DNA of 64,000 nucleotides from Eledone cirrhosa. Taxonomy: Eukaryota. The first letter of the stretch is position 1. Every line of letters starts with the position of its first letter. The notes beneath the pieces are model-generated. The model ran no database searches and was not told the origin of the DNA. It saw only the letters and a program-made list of their open reading frames with translations. Position numbers and translations under genes: made by a program. Positions 1 through 14,056 of the stretch are shown in pieces. The stretch is from NCBI GenBank assembly GCA_964016885.1, contig OZ024740.1, positions 93,868,001 to 93,932,000 of the forward strand, read 5' to 3'.

Positions 1-1180
1 ACTGTGTGCCTCTAACACTTAATTTTTAATAAATTTATGAAAATATGTATATAGTAATATCACCTTCAAATTTTATTTTTCCTTTTCATTATTATTTTCC
101 TCCCCTTTTTCACTCCCCCTTTCATTCAACATGTGTATTTCTCATTTATCATCCGCCACCATTCTGTATTTACTTGTACATAACTATCTCAGTTTCACTA
201 ATGTATTTAATGTTGCATCTCTATTCACCCCTCTCTCTCAAATCATTATTTCGATGTATTCAGCCGCACTTTCTTTGTATTACTGTTTCTCACCATCATA
301 TACATTCATATATATCGAACACATATTTTCTCTACCGCTCCCCCTCATAATATTTCTGCTTTCTCATATTATGACTTCATAACCTGAATGATTAATGTTT
401 GGCCAGCCTGAAATGGAGAAAATACTTGTATTGCTATAGCACCTGCCCCTGGAAAAGATTTAATGAAATATTGAAAAATGTGTTATCTTCTTTTATTTTT
501 ATTCTGATTTTATTTTTTAAATGTCTAGCATTTTACTTCTCCTCCATTCTCTATTTATCTTAATGAGTTAGCAAACAAAAAAATGACGTATGGCGTTGTT
601 TACTGAATAACCCCTAGGCGAACACCAATGTATCTTTTCAGTGTGTTAATATGTAATGTGGAAATAAGTTCAATATTTAATTATACATACTGCACACATT
701 ACTTATGAAAATGTTGTATGTGAAAAAGCAAATACATCTGGAATAAGAAATGAAACTGTAGTAAAAATAACGACAATTGTATTAACCTCAACGATTAAAA
801 TAGTAATAGCAAATATAAATACATAAACGTCAATGAAGGCAACGTCAGCAACACCTGCAAAGAAAAATAATATGCTCGGCAGAATCATTTTTATCTTAAA
901 TTCTACTTGTAAAAACTCTCACAAAATATATAATATTGATGGTAATTTTGTTAAGTGCAGCACTAGAATGAATGTTTTCGTAATTTTGTTACATTCTATT
1001 ATGATTTATACTAATAATTTTTTTACTGAATCAACCGACTCCCTTCTGAAACAACAGGTATAAAAAGTAATTTTGTTTCTTATGGTAAAATATCGTATTT
1101 CAAGACTAACTTTAATGTTTATATTCAAGGATTGGTAAGTGACAAATGTAAAAGGGGTTATTTAGTAAAATATAAATAGG

Positions 1181-1251
<71 letters not shown>

Positions 1252-1417
1252 AATTAATATCTAGTAACATATATATACATACAGATGCATATCAATGCTA
1301 GCAAATATATAGGTTTTGTCTTAGTAACATTGTGGTTCAATGCATGGGATTGCAGAACAATAATATGAGAGACGTAAAATAAGAAAATTATAAAATTAAC
1401 TTACTTACTAAAATATC

Positions 1418-1499
1418 ACTTCCAACTAATTAGTTTCTGGAATGGAGTAAATATATTTTCAGATGAAGATAAATAGAAACATTCCGTCGTCAGGGAAGT
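1418..1499 (-). ncRNA. Type I minimal hammerhead ribozyme motif (Penelope pLTR/retrozyme type)
   Basis: Minus strand reads ACTTCC-CTGACGA-cGGAATG..(loop)..CATTCCa-GAAA-CTAATTAG-TT-GGAAGT. Stem I is ACTTCC/GGAAGT, the CUGANGA and GAAA cores are intact, stem II is GGAATG/CATTCC with a C.A mismatch at its base, stem III is the palindrome ACTAATTAGT, and the triplet is GUU. Confidence 0.7.
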
Positions 1500-1608
1500 C
1501 TATTCTCATCTAAGTTTCCAGGCAAAGCGAGGACTCTGGAAACTTATTAAAAAATAATTCAATGGATAGGAAATAGCAAAGCGTGGACTGAATTCCTAGC
1601 CATAACTG

Positions 1609-1640
<32 letters not shown>

Positions 1641-1642
1641 AC

Positions 1643-2135
1643 TGTAAATATATATACATCCAAAATCACCCCACATAGGCATACGCATATGGTACACGGA
1701 ACCAGACGGACATCCATTATTGTATACGTCGGGTCAGATCGATACAGATAGAGCCTTGAGCAGATCAAGAGCGAAACGCGCGTCGCCAATCAATAAACGT
1801 AATGAAGGGTTAACAAATCGTTCATGTATAAGTATATTGTTATATCACATTCTGTCTAGCTCTACACATTGCCACTGACGTGAACCTAAGGTTCACGTCA
1901 GTGGCAATGTCTAGAGCTAGACAGAATGTTATATAACACTATAATAATACACGAAAGATTTGTTAACCCTTCATTACGTTTATCGATTGGCGACGAGCGT
2001 TTCGCTCTTGATCAGCTCAAGGTTCTATATGTATCGATATGACCCGACGTATATAGTAATGGATGCCGGTCTGTTTCCGTGTACCATTTGCGTGTGCCTC
2101 TGTTAGATGATGCTGGACTGTATATATATTTACAT
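1643..2135. repeat. Long imperfect palindrome (about 245-bp arms, 1-nt spacer at 1888), probably an inverted Penelope pLTR pair
   Basis: Centre CACTGACGTGAACCT-A-AGGTTCACGTCAGTG. Arms match outward to the (TA)n tract. A third diverged direct copy of the arm lies at about 2860-2950, just upstream of Penelope coding remnants. Confidence 0.85.
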
Positions 2136-2964
2136 TGACGTATGTGCCGATCTGCATGCATATGCATATGTCCCTCGGTGCGTGTGTACACGTGTTTATT
2201 TATTTATTTTCCTGTTTATTATTTCACATAATATACACTGAAAAGGTATCTTGCCCCAAAGCGCAGTGTTGTAGCAACGCCTCCAAACAATGTTTTTTAT
2301 AAAATGTTTCTTCATTGACTTTACAAACAATAGCCTCATACCATAATTCCTCATTTATATATATCTTCATACACTAACCTCATACCATTCTCATCAACTC
2401 ATTAATTATTTATAGCGGAAATCCCAGTTAACGTTGTCTAGACATTTTAACCTACCTTCAATATATCCACTTGCACTTCCGTGACAAACTGATGACCAGC
2501 AGGAACCCCTACCCATAGTACAACATTGCTTCTTTCCATGTCCTATCCTGCATAGCCCTACCACATCCACACAGCACACATCAAATCTGCCTTATCACAT
2601 ACATGTCGACATGTCTGTGGTAAGCCAAAACACCACACCCCGAAACACAAATAGACCATGGCTCCCACCACCACCTCATCACTATCCTCAAAACCTCACC
2701 TATCACATGCCAACAATTTCCTCTTAGCTAAACTACCAATCAAAACAAGATAAATTGAGAAGCAAATAAACACGAAATGTTAGACATTTATAAGCCTGAT
2801 ATGTTCACTCTATCATTACAACAACAGAGGTCCGATGAGCCTTTGTTTCCAGAGTCGGCCCATATCGATACATATCGTACCTTGAGCTAACCAATAGCTA
2901 AACGTGCGTTACCAATCAATAATTGTAATGAAGGCTTAACAAAACGTCCTTGTATTATATTATA

Positions 2965-4130
2965 TATATAGCTAACTCCATACACCAGAATATAACTGTA
3001 ACTCTTGACGACCCCTCCAAACACCCTAACAATGGACTACCGGTACTTTGGATTAGCACTATAGACGGGAGTGACCAAATTGTCCTCTCACACAATGCTA
3101 AACCCCTGGCATCCAAATTTCGTAAACTCAGCAATGTCCAATAGTACTAAATATAATATTCTGTTCGCAGTCTTGGTAGGAATGATGAAGAATGTGTTCC
3201 GCATGTCCAACCCTACAGATTTGGAAATACACATCCAACACTTTATCAACTGCATGCAGTTCCCTGGCAGCATCAGTGTATACAAAGGAGCCACGGAGGA
3301 GTATGAGACCCTCACAGAAATGGACATGAAAGGAATGTGCCCATTATACAGGAGCAAATCATGGAAAAGCTTAGATAGGACTAAACGTAAGATAGAGAAG
3401 GTCACTTCATGGTGCCACAACAAGAGATAGCAGAATGTTATGATCGTGGATGCTTCCGCTGGAGGGAAATGAGCTAACCAATGTAGAAAGAAAGGCCCCA
3501 AGAAAGAGCGACTTAAAGATTAATCGGTAGAAAAGCCAGGAACTACCACAAAATCACTGATCAGCAAAACAAGCCCCTTTAAGAAAGCCCACTGTTTTAT
3601 ATATAAAATGAAGCCCCAGATAATCTGTAAAACTAGAAATGTGGTCTATAGCATAAGATGTACAGAGGTTACTTGCAGAAACTTAACAAGGACATACATA
3701 GGTGAGAAAGCTCGAAGCATAGGAGAAACGATAGAGCAACACTGGGGGGAATTAAAAGAACAAAAAAAAACGGTTCAGTAATATACGAGCAGGCCAGACA
3801 AAGACACGGCGGTATTATAGACAACATAGAAATTAAAATAATATCTAAACATAAAAACGACCAAAGTTAAACAGAAAGAATGAATGGAATAACAACAACC
3901 ACACCGAAATAAACAATACTGACTTAAGGGAAATATAAATAAATATATACACAAGTGCAATAACAACAAACACCCACTACTAATAAAGATAGAATACAAA
4001 AACAGAAACACATACACGCAAACGCGAACACACCAAACATTACACACTCACGCAAACGCATGCGCAGAGACGGATACCGGAAGAAATAAATAAATAGATA
4101 AATAAGCTAAATAAAAATACAAAATTACAA
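2965..4130 (+). mobile_element. Decayed Penelope-like element: RT C-terminal part, GIY-YIG endonuclease and A-rich 3' region
   Basis: Translated pieces IANSIHQNITVTLDDPSKHPNNGLPVL and CKTRNVVYSIRCTEVTCRNLTRTYIGEKARSIGE (about 3625-3730). Frameshifts and stops are present. Homologous to 7440-8930. Confidence 0.8.
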
Positions 4131-4147
4131 TACAATAGGCGGGAACT

Positions 4148-4341
4148 TAATAGTTGTTTCTACTTTTGGCACAAGGCCAGCAATTATTCCAGTGTATTGC
4201 TGGTACTTTATTTTATCGACCCCATAAGCATGAAAGGCAAAGTTAATCTCGGCGGGATTTGAATTCAGAATGGCAAGGGCCGTAGCTCATTGCGGCAAAG
4301 CAAGGCGTCAGACCGTCTAGCGATACAGCCATACACCGCCC
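4148..4341 (-). mobile_element. tRNA-derived SINE (Meta-domain-like core)
   Basis: Reverse complement has a B-box-like GAATTCAAATCCCGCCGAG, core TTTGCCTTTCATGCTTATGGGGTCGATAAAATAAAGTACC and tail GTGCCAAAAGTAGAAACAAC. Five related copies occur in the window. Confidence 0.8.
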
Positions 4342-4350
4342 TAAAAAAAA

Positions 4351-4527
4351 ACTTTTGGCACAAGACCAGCAATTACTCAGTGCATTACTGGTACTTTATT
4401 TTATCGACCATGTAAAGATGAAAGGCAAAGTTAACCCCGGCGGGATTTAGACTCAGGATGGCAAGGGCCGTAACTCTATACGTCAAAGCATGGCGTCCGA
4501 TCCTCTACCGATACTGCCATACCACCG
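4351..4527 (-). mobile_element. Second tandem copy of the same SINE
   Basis: Direct repeat of 4163-4341 (cttttggcacaag...ccagcaatta...ggtactttattttatcgacc...gaaaggcaaagttaa). Confidence 0.8.
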
Positions 4528-4580
4528 AATCATAGTATCATTGATAATGTTGCAGATGTCCAACGAAAGAACTTTGATCG

Positions 4581-4703
<123 letters not shown>

Positions 4704-4922
4704 TTATTTATATTTGTATTTTTAACCGTTGGTCAATCAATGATAAATATTGATTGCCAAATGAATTAGCTATGGAGATATAAAAGATACAGAAGCGAAG
4801 ATCAACGAAATAGTGAGTGTGTTCTGTTATTATTTCTGGCAATATTATTACAATATGACCCTCCCCAAGTATAACAATATATATATACATATACATATAT
4901 ATGTGCGTATGTATGTATATGC

Positions 4923-5001
<79 letters not shown>

Positions 5002-5016
5002 ATTTATATATAGAAG

Positions 5017-5120
<104 letters not shown>

Positions 5121-5223
5121 GGAGGTGAGTTTTATTGTTGTACAATAAAGCAATGCAGATATCGGATAAGAAGCACTCTACAGTTTGTAGGACTGGAGTA
5201 TACATAATATATACATAATATAT

Positions 5224-5279
<56 letters not shown>

Positions 5280-5405
5280 TTAGGGTAAATATTGGTGCAA
5301 TTCAAATCAAGCACTCACCGTACTTTTTCCACATAGGAGTGACGGAGTAAATATCGAATAAGTAAAAGCGAAGTAGTTTCAGATGTTCAAGTCCTTTAAT
5401 AATAA

Positions 5406-5590
5406 TTGTTTCTACTTTAGGTACAAGGCCATCAATAAACCAGTGCATTACTGGTACATTATTTTATCGACCCCGTAAGGATGAAAGGCAAAGTCAACCT
5501 CGGCGGGATTTGAAATCAGATCGTAAAGGAACGTAACTATGTTGGAAAGCATGGCGTCCGACCCTCTACCGAACTGCCAATCCACCGCCC
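5406..5590 (-). mobile_element. SINE copy with a 22-bp target-site duplication
   Basis: Same core. Flanked by TGTTCAAGTCCTTTAATAATAA (5384-5405) and TGTCCAAGTCCTTTAATAATAA (5591-5612). Confidence 0.85.
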
Positions 5591-6101
5591 TGTCCAAGTC
5601 CTTTAATAATAACACAGTTCTGTGTGCGAGTGTCGTGACATCATCAGACAGCTTGTTACATAATAAGGTTATGTTTTCGAGGCAATCCAAGTTGAATCGA
5701 CATATATATATATATATGTGTGAATGAAGTAATTCCATCGGAAAAGTCCAGGAAAAAAGAGTGCTCTATGTAAGCAACAGAGCTTAATTATTATTATTAT
5801 GTAATAAACAACATAAGGCAATTATTCCATTTACCAGTGGTTTCTTAAAAGCAAAAGGTTTTGCTTTCAATCCTCAGAATGAAAAATCCTGGTTTGTTTA
5901 TTGAATATGGATTCTAAAAACGAAAATGCAATCTATATGAAAGTGAGGCTGGAAAAGGGAGAAGGAAAGGAAAAATAAAATAAAATAAAACTACACATGC
6001 AAACACACACAAAAAAAAAAAAAAACCCAAAAGCATACTTACACACACACACATATATACACATATAATTTGCACGCATACACATATACACATACACATA
6101 C

Positions 6102-6148
<47 letters not shown>

Positions 6149-6255
6149 CACATACATACACATATATATATATATAAAAAGAGCGTACACCTACACACAC
6201 ATACACATATATATATACACACATATACACATACATATATTCATACATACACACG

Positions 6256-6289
<34 letters not shown>

Positions 6290-6315
6290 TACATATATAT
6301 ACACATGTACATATC

Positions 6316-6361
<46 letters not shown>

Positions 6362-6384
6362 CATATACACACATATACACATAT

Positions 6385-6422
<38 letters not shown>

Positions 6423-6562
6423 GTGTGTACAAGCCTACACATACACACACACATATATATACACACACATATACATACATTCACACAAACATACAACGTA
6501 CATACATACACATACATGAATGCACTCCACTACATATTAACACACGCAAATAAATATAAGAA

Positions 6563-6593
<31 letters not shown>

Positions 6594-6629
6594 TTTCATA
6601 TATATATATATATGTATACAGAAACTCAC

Positions 6630-6990
6630 TCAGATGGTGGATGGGTGTTACACGAGAATTTTGAGGATGGCTCTGAACATTAATCAGTATACACTGAGGT
6701 TGAAAATCTCAGGGCTGTATAGGATCATCCCAAAAGTCAGCTCAAATGTGACACAGAGGAGACTGAGGTTAGCTGGACATGCTCACCGACATCCAGAGTT
6801 GACATTTCACTCAGTGCTCCTTTGGGATCCCCTACATGGACACACTAGAAGAGGAAGACCAAGGTTAACGTATGTTGATGCCCTAAGGACAGACACTGGT
6901 CTGTTGGAGACGCAGGACATGGCAGCGATAATGATGGACTGAGACCGCTGGAGAGAACTCGTCCATGGATCTCGGGAATTTTACCCGCCT
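6630..6990 (+). mobile_element. 5'-truncated RTE-type LINE 3' end
   Basis: ORF 6634-6942 reads [42 protein letters not shown], the typical RTE-clade C-terminus (R.GRP..W/Y.D). Confidence 0.75.
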
Positions 6991-7181
6991 TAGATATATA
7001 CAGATTAGAGCAAACATCACGGGCGCTCTATCTCAAACTTATTTTTGAAAAGCTTTAGAAATGCTCAACCGGTAAAACTTAAAACCAAAACTGAATACTA
7101 ATTATTACTAATTTTACTTATTCCTAATTAAACTAATTTTCGCTGGGAACAATTTGTCAGCATTTTCTTTTCCGTTTACCA

Positions 7182-7287
<106 letters not shown>

Positions 7288-7439
7288 CGTTTCTGAATTT
7301 GTTTAGCAAGATTCTTTATCTGAAATCGTGTGTTGAAACCGATATTGTTATAATTTGGGGGGGGGGGGTCATGTTTCCAATAAGAAACACACGCACCACG
7401 TGCTTTCACACTTCAGTTTATTATATATTTTAAATTTAC

Positions 7440-8922
7440 AAATGTATATATAATTTTATAAATTTCTGGTTGGTTGGTTCCACAACCAGATAGTTGTTTA
7501 TATAGAGTCATAGTTCTTTCCTCACACACTCTGTGACCTCTTCAGTGAATGGGGATTTCTTTCTTTGTTCTGTGCCTCTCCTTTGTTCTGTCCTACGCCA
7601 TTTTGTTTCTGTGTGTGTGTGTTGTGTGCTCAGTCTGCGCATGCGCCACATCCGGGTGTCTGTGTGTGTTTATGTGTTTATTTACATGTTAGTGGTTGGT
7701 TGTTTGTTCTATGTGTGTGTGTGTTTTCATTTTGTCCTTAATTGTAAGTTGTGATGTTGCTGTTCCACTCATATTTTCTGTTTAATTTTGGTTGTAATTC
7801 TTTTATGTTTATTGCCTCTGTAATTTGTCTAAACATTGCGTCTTTTCTGTGTGTAGATTCTATTTTTATTTCTATGTTCTCTAATTTACCCTTGTGTTCT
7901 ATGTTAGCATGTTGGTAAGTACAGATGATTCTTTATTATCTTGAAGGTCTCGCCAGTGTTCATTTATCCGTTCCCCTACACTACGAGCTGTCTCACCTAT
8001 GTACACTATATTTTTGTCTCTACATTGTCCTTCAGTACATCTTATGCTATACACTACATTTCTAGTTTTACAGTTAATATGGGGGCTTATTTTACAGGTT
8101 ATACATTTCTTATCTATACATGAGGGTCTTTGAAATGGTTATGTCTTGCTAATAAGTGTTTTTTTACGGAGGTACCTGGTCTTTCTACTATCTTAATATT
8201 GAGTTTATGTTTATTTAGGGCCCTTCTAAATTTGTAAGCTAGTTCGCCTCTAGGGGTTGTATCGATGAACATTACACTCTTGTATTTATTGCTATCATAC
8301 CATTAGTTTATTCTATTATCCTTGTTGCTAGTTCTTTCTATTCTATTCCAAAATGTGCTCCTATGCAAGGGGCAGGTCCCATTTATGTCATTATTTACCA
8401 TTTTTTCCCATTTGGTTCTGGCTCCTCTATACACTCTGATTCTATCTCTCTGATTGTAGCCAGAGAACTGCATACGGTGGATGAAGTTTTGTATGTGCCT
8501 CTCTAGTTCTTCGGGGTTGCAACTGCGGGACACATTTCTCATCACCCGTACCAAATCCGCAGTCAGTATGTTGATTTTGGTATGGTCCGAAATGGCCGAG
8601 TTTCGCTGGATCAGATGTTTGGAAGTCATAGGTTTGGCATAATGGGAATGGAGGATTTGTTTTTTGTTGTTAATGGTATCTAACCAGAGCTCTGTGTCTA
8701 GTACAGGTAATCGATGGTTGGAGTGTTTACTTGGGTAGTCTATAGTAACTCTAATGCTCTGGTGGATGGAGTTTGCTATTTGCTGGATGCTTTCCATTGT
8801 GTTTTTCTCTAGTTCCTGACTGTTCTCTAGTGGGGGTGTCTTAACTACGATGTTTATATAATCTACGTAGCGGGAGTAGATTATCAGGGTTAAGGGGTCT
8901 TCTAATTGTTCTCCCAAAGTAT

Positions 8923-8930
<8 letters not shown>
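7440..8930 (-). mobile_element. 5'-truncated Penelope-like element (RT C-terminus + GIY-YIG + 3' region)
   Basis: ORF 8303-8986 has YSRYVDYI (YVDD-like), LPVLDTELW and HYAKP. Downstream, HINCKTRNVVYSIRCTEGQCRDKNIVYIGE lies at about 7990-8085. Confidence 0.85.
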
Positions 8931-8978
<48 letters not shown>

Positions 8979-9029
8979 ATATACATATATACATATGTAC
9001 ATATATATAATGTATATACATGTGTGTCT

Positions 9030-10010
9030 ATTTTTATAGTTCTGATAGGGTGATGCTGCTAATAGTAAGACACACACATGTTCGTTATGACACCTGTTTA
9101 TTATAAGTTTCCAGTTGATTATTTTAATAATAGTTTGTTTGATTATTGTTGTATTCTCAAAGCTCTTTCTGCACACATTGTGTAACTTTTTAGTGATAAA
9201 TTTGTTATATTGTGCTGCCCTACACCATCGTGTTTATTTTCTGCTGTGTGTTGTGTACTTAGGTGTGCGCATGTCTTATATCTATGCGCGTGTTTTCTTT
9301 TATTCATTTATACGTTTACAAACTTGTAACTAGTTATATGTTTGTTCTATCGGTGTGCGTCTACTTTGTTATATTAGCTTTGTTTTTTTGTGTATCACTG
9401 TGTGTCTTTATCTTCTCCCTAGTTACGAGTTGTGATGTTGTTCCTATTCGATTCATGGTTTCTCTTAATTTTCGTTTAATCGTGTATGTTTGTCACAGCT
9501 ACCATGTGCCTGATCATTGCGTCTATTCTGTGTGTGGATATGTTATTATTTTTTTTGTCTTTATGTTCTCAAGTGTTCCCACATATTCAATTTTGGCATG
9601 TTGCTTGAGTACTGCTGATTTTCTTGCTATCTTGGAATTCTCCAGAGTGTTCATTTACCATTTATCTTATGCTATGGGCCATCTTACTTACGTAAGTTTT
9701 GTTTATATTCCTTCCTTGTCACTCTGTACATCTTATGCTATATACTAAATTCCTGGTTTTGCCGTTAATTTTATGACTCAAACTGCAGACTATACATTAC
9801 CTATTTTGCAGGCTCCTTTTTTTTCAAGTATATATGTTCGTCTAATTAGGGTTTTTATGGGGATATTGGTTTTACAACTATTTTAATCTTAAATTTTAGT
9901 TTGACTAGATACATTCTATATCTTCAAGCTAATTCCCATCTTGGGGTTTTAATAACGTACATTACAATCTCGTATTTATTGTTGACATACCACAAGTTGA
10001 CTTTATCATA
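9030..10010 (-). mobile_element. Second, more decayed tandem 3' copy of the same Penelope family
   Basis: Minus-strand KTRNLVYSIRCTE*QGRNINKTYV at about 9690-9770. Sequence is similar to 7900-8310. Confidence 0.7.
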
Positions 10011-10836
10011 ATCTATAAAGCTCAGTGTATTGTCACATTTCTTTGTTATAGAAATCTACGTTATAGAATTTCTACAATTGAAATTTACAATTCAGTATTC
10101 GAAATAGCTTCTATTGGGTCATGGCACATATGTTTTTTCAATTTCACCAACAATTACGCAAAAACTCGATAAAACTAAATATTTTACGATTTTACCTCTC
10201 TCATTTCAACTGCTAAAACTTTCCATTATCCTTCAACATCTATACAACTTCATACTTTCTGCTACTTTCTTTTTCCAAGCTGAAACAACTATTCTTTTCA
10301 TTTTACATTGTTCATGTTGATGGTGATATTCTCTCACTCATACACTTTACAGACAAAACATTAGCCACATTAACGTACAATTTCTTTTATTCTAAATGTG
10401 AGTCTTCAAACTGATTTATTTATTTGCAAACACATACAAACACACACTCACATCAAATGAATAATTAAACTTTAAATCAATTGAACCACGTGCCGGATTT
10501 CTAACTCCACATACACACTTCATTAACAAATAAAAATTCTAATTTGCGACAATTATTTTCTTTCAATCGTAAAATCAAACGACATATTTATTTTCATTTT
10601 CGGTTGTTAATCTTCATCGCGATAATACTACCCTTCCATTTCACATTATGTGAGTTAACAAATAATTGTTTAAAACACTATTCGCAGACTTCCTTAAACA
10701 ACAAGATCAATTGCGTAGCCGGTATTCATTATGTAGCCGTTAAAGCTATGTAGCAGGTAAAAGGCTATGTAGTCTGTACGATGTTATATAGCTTGTACAG
10801 TTTATATAACCGGTAAATGTTATGTCACCGTTAGTA

Positions 10837-10837
<1 letters not shown>

Positions 10838-10874
<37 letters not shown>

Positions 10875-10955
10875 TGTGTGTGTATGTGTGTGTGTGTATG
10901 TGTGTATGTGTGTGTGTGTGTATGTGTCTGTGTGTGTGTGTGTATGTGTGTGTGT

Positions 10956-10998
<43 letters not shown>

Positions 10999-11000
10999 TA
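10838..11000. repeat. (TG)n microsatellite
   Basis: Direct inspection. Confidence 0.95.
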
Positions 11001-11382
11001 TTACCGTAAATACACACGTGTGTGTGTGCGTGTTTCAATTTAGTTTTCGTTAACAATGACGAGAGTACAATTGCGCCAGAAACAATTCAATTTCTTTTTC
11101 TTAACTGCTAGGGACGTTCACAGGTTCATTAAGTACTTTCAGTGAGGAATAAAAAAGTTAGGAATTGAACAAAAAAAACACGACATAAACAGGCACCACC
11201 AAACGTTTTCTTTGTCCTGTCAAAAAGTCATTCATCCTATCCCTTTCACCTACGACCTCAGTTAGGTCAGGCGAACGTCAAATAGACAGGGGATCTCCTA
11301 TGTAGGTACAAACCCTGCTGCGGTATGTCTATTTTTCTAGCTGCAACCAGATTATATATGCAGTAGTTAACAGAGACCATGA

Positions 11383-11895
11383 CACACCAGGCCTGCAAAC
11401 CAAACGAGATGGAATATTCATTATAATACACAGCATATTAACCGACAGACTAACACCCAGAATAATTGTAACTGTAGATCAAATAGAACATGCCCTTTAG
11501 ATAAAAATTGATTAACCAAGGATATCATATACTCATGTACAGTCACAACTAACAACGCTTCTGAAACCTATATAGGCTCTACTTCTATCTGCTTCAAAAC
11601 TAGATACAATTCGCACCTCCACTCTTTCAAAAAACACAGTCTAGCCAACACCACTTCACTATCTAGCTACATACACTATCTAAAAACTAAAAATAAAATA
11701 TATACACTTAAATGGGAAGTGGTAGGAGGTGCAACATCGTACAAACCACCTAATAAATTATGTAACCTATGTCTACTAGAGACCCATACTATCATCTTCT
11801 CTAACCATAATCTCCTTAATAAAAAATTAGAAGTGTTCGCATCTTACCAACACCGCTTCCGACACTCTTTCCAAAACTTTAAACCCTATATATAA
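11383..11895 (+). pseudogene. Penelope-like (Naiad-type) GIY-YIG endonuclease frame with one in-frame TGA; not in the ORF track
   Basis: From 11461: NNCNCRSNRTCPLDKN*LTKDIIYSCTVTTNNASETYIGSTSICFKTRYNSHLHSF..TSLSSYIHYLK..LKWEVV..CNLCLLE..LLNKKLE..SYQH. No RT is visible upstream. Confidence 0.8.
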
Positions 11896-12251
11896 CAATG
11901 TCAGACTGGACCCGTCACCACCCCTAGCAATTAGCATCAGTAGCACACCTTACACCTCATCTCCACACCCATTTATATACTCTAAAGGTAATAGTGGCAG
12001 CATTATAGTACCATCTACCCTGGGGATACCCCCATATACTTCTAATTCTGATATCTCGGCCGTGGTTTACTTAAACTGCATTGCACACATATATGATTAA
12101 TATAAACTGTAGACACGGTATTGGCTGTGCTAACATAATCCTGTGCATGGAGTGCCACCATGAGATAGATTGATGATTAAGTAAGTAATCTTATTATTAT
12201 GTGACTATATATTCTATACGATGAGTACAATGAATTATGCACAGGTGATAC

Positions 12252-12900
12252 ATGAGTTAGGAGTTTCTGTGTTGCTTGATGACCTGATTAGTATCTTTTG
12301 ATGAGAGAACTGGTCCCCGGACCACCCTGGTGATATTTTAATTTACCGGGGATGCAGTCATACAATGACCCGAAACTTGCCGGGAGTCTTGCATGAAAAT
12401 ATGACCATTATTAGTAATAAGACCCTTATTAGTAGTGAGACCCATATAATTAATTTTGTAGTCTGACTATTCTTATAGATTGTCCAGGTGTGGCATTCTA
12501 TATTAGATTGTAATCATCATGATATGAACTCGTTTAGTACTTATTAATGGACTCCACTCTAATTTGTAGATAAGATACCTAATTTAATTTATATATGAGA
12601 TGGGAGTTTATGTATTGCTTGATGGCCAGACTGGTGTCTTTATATGAGAGATTTGATCTCCAGACCAGCCTGGAGATATTCAAATTTGCCAAGGATTCAG
12701 ACATACAATGACCCAGAGCTTACCGGGAGTCATATATAATAATAGGACCATGCCACGTCCTGCGGGTGGAATTACACTTACAAAGAACATTGATTTGGAG
12801 GTCTGACTCTTATAAAATGTTCAGATATGACACCCCTTAATAGAAGGTAATCATCCTGATATATACATCTCAATAGACAACACTGTAACATATAGATAAG
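12252..12900. repeat. Diverged direct duplication (about 343-bp period) downstream of the GIY-YIG remnant
   Basis: ggagttt.tgt.ttgcttgatg..catacaatgaccc..ctt.ccgggagtc occurs at about 12260-12390 and 12603-12731. Confidence 0.75.
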
Positions 12901-13968
12901 TAACATAATCTAGAAATTAGTTATAACTTCATATGATAGGCATTTATTTGAAACACCATTAATGTAATTTAGGATAATAAATTTAACTAAGAAAACTAGC
13001 TAGTTACCTCCCCTTACGCATTAACTCCCCTTGGACACACACACACTTCCGGAATATAATATCATCACACAAAACTAAACAACATGATCTATTAATTAAG
13101 AATCGACAATATACGGTTTATAACTTGGTTATATGCTGAACCATCGTGGATTATATGATAGACCCGTGGTCTATATATGCGTCTCATGGATTATGTGAGT
13201 GGTGGTGTGCGCGAAGACAGTGGTACTGTTTTGCCTACGATATAATATGTTTTATAATATGTTTGATATTTTTGATATTTTGGTGTTTCTCTACATTCGG
13301 GATTGTATATCATACAGGTGTATGCGAATAAATGTTTTAATAATTCAGCCCACATAATAATATCGATTGCTTGCTTCAACTGCCTGACCCAGCAAGTAAC
13401 AATCTGACGCACTCTAATCCTGTATAAACAATACACGCGTTCATGCTACACGTGAGATTGTTTCATACACTGACTACTCTAAACTTTCCTCTTGCTTTAT
13501 CTTCATAAACTGCCAATGCTTCATTTTTATTTTTATTTTTATTTTTATTTTTATTTTTATTTCTATTTTTATCCTTTAACCTTTATATTTAAATTGCCAT
13601 GCTATATCATTTTGATGGATGTCATCCCACTGTGGGTTAATATGTGCATATGTTTTTATATGTCTCTTGTGTTCAAAAGGAGGTCAAGTATATTATAGAT
13701 CACTAAATAGTTGCTCCGAATAATCCAAACCTCGGTTTGGAGGAAACAATTGTAAGGAAATAAATTATTTAAACTGAACTTTGATTATTGTAATCTCTAT
13801 ATAACTGCTCTGTAAAACAACCGATGTTATTACATTGAGCTATTTATCTTACTGGTAATAAGATAGTAATTAATGACTATCTTTCACTATTTAGGGTTTG
13901 TATAAAAAATATATAACCATAAAAGGTTTTATTACATACATAACCATAAATAGTATCCTTAATATTAA

Positions 13969-14056
<88 letters not shown>

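Noticed and set aside
1750-1790. CTTGAGCAGATCAAGAGCGAAACGCGCGTC resembling a hammerhead 3' half
   Set aside because: No CUGANGA core and no stem I partner in any of the three copies.
13700-13765. Hammerhead-like TCCAAACC-TC-GGTTTGGA-GGAAACAATTGTA
   Set aside because: Stem II, GAAA and a palindromic stem III are present, but the CUGANGA core reads CCGAATA and stem I is weak. At best a dead remnant.
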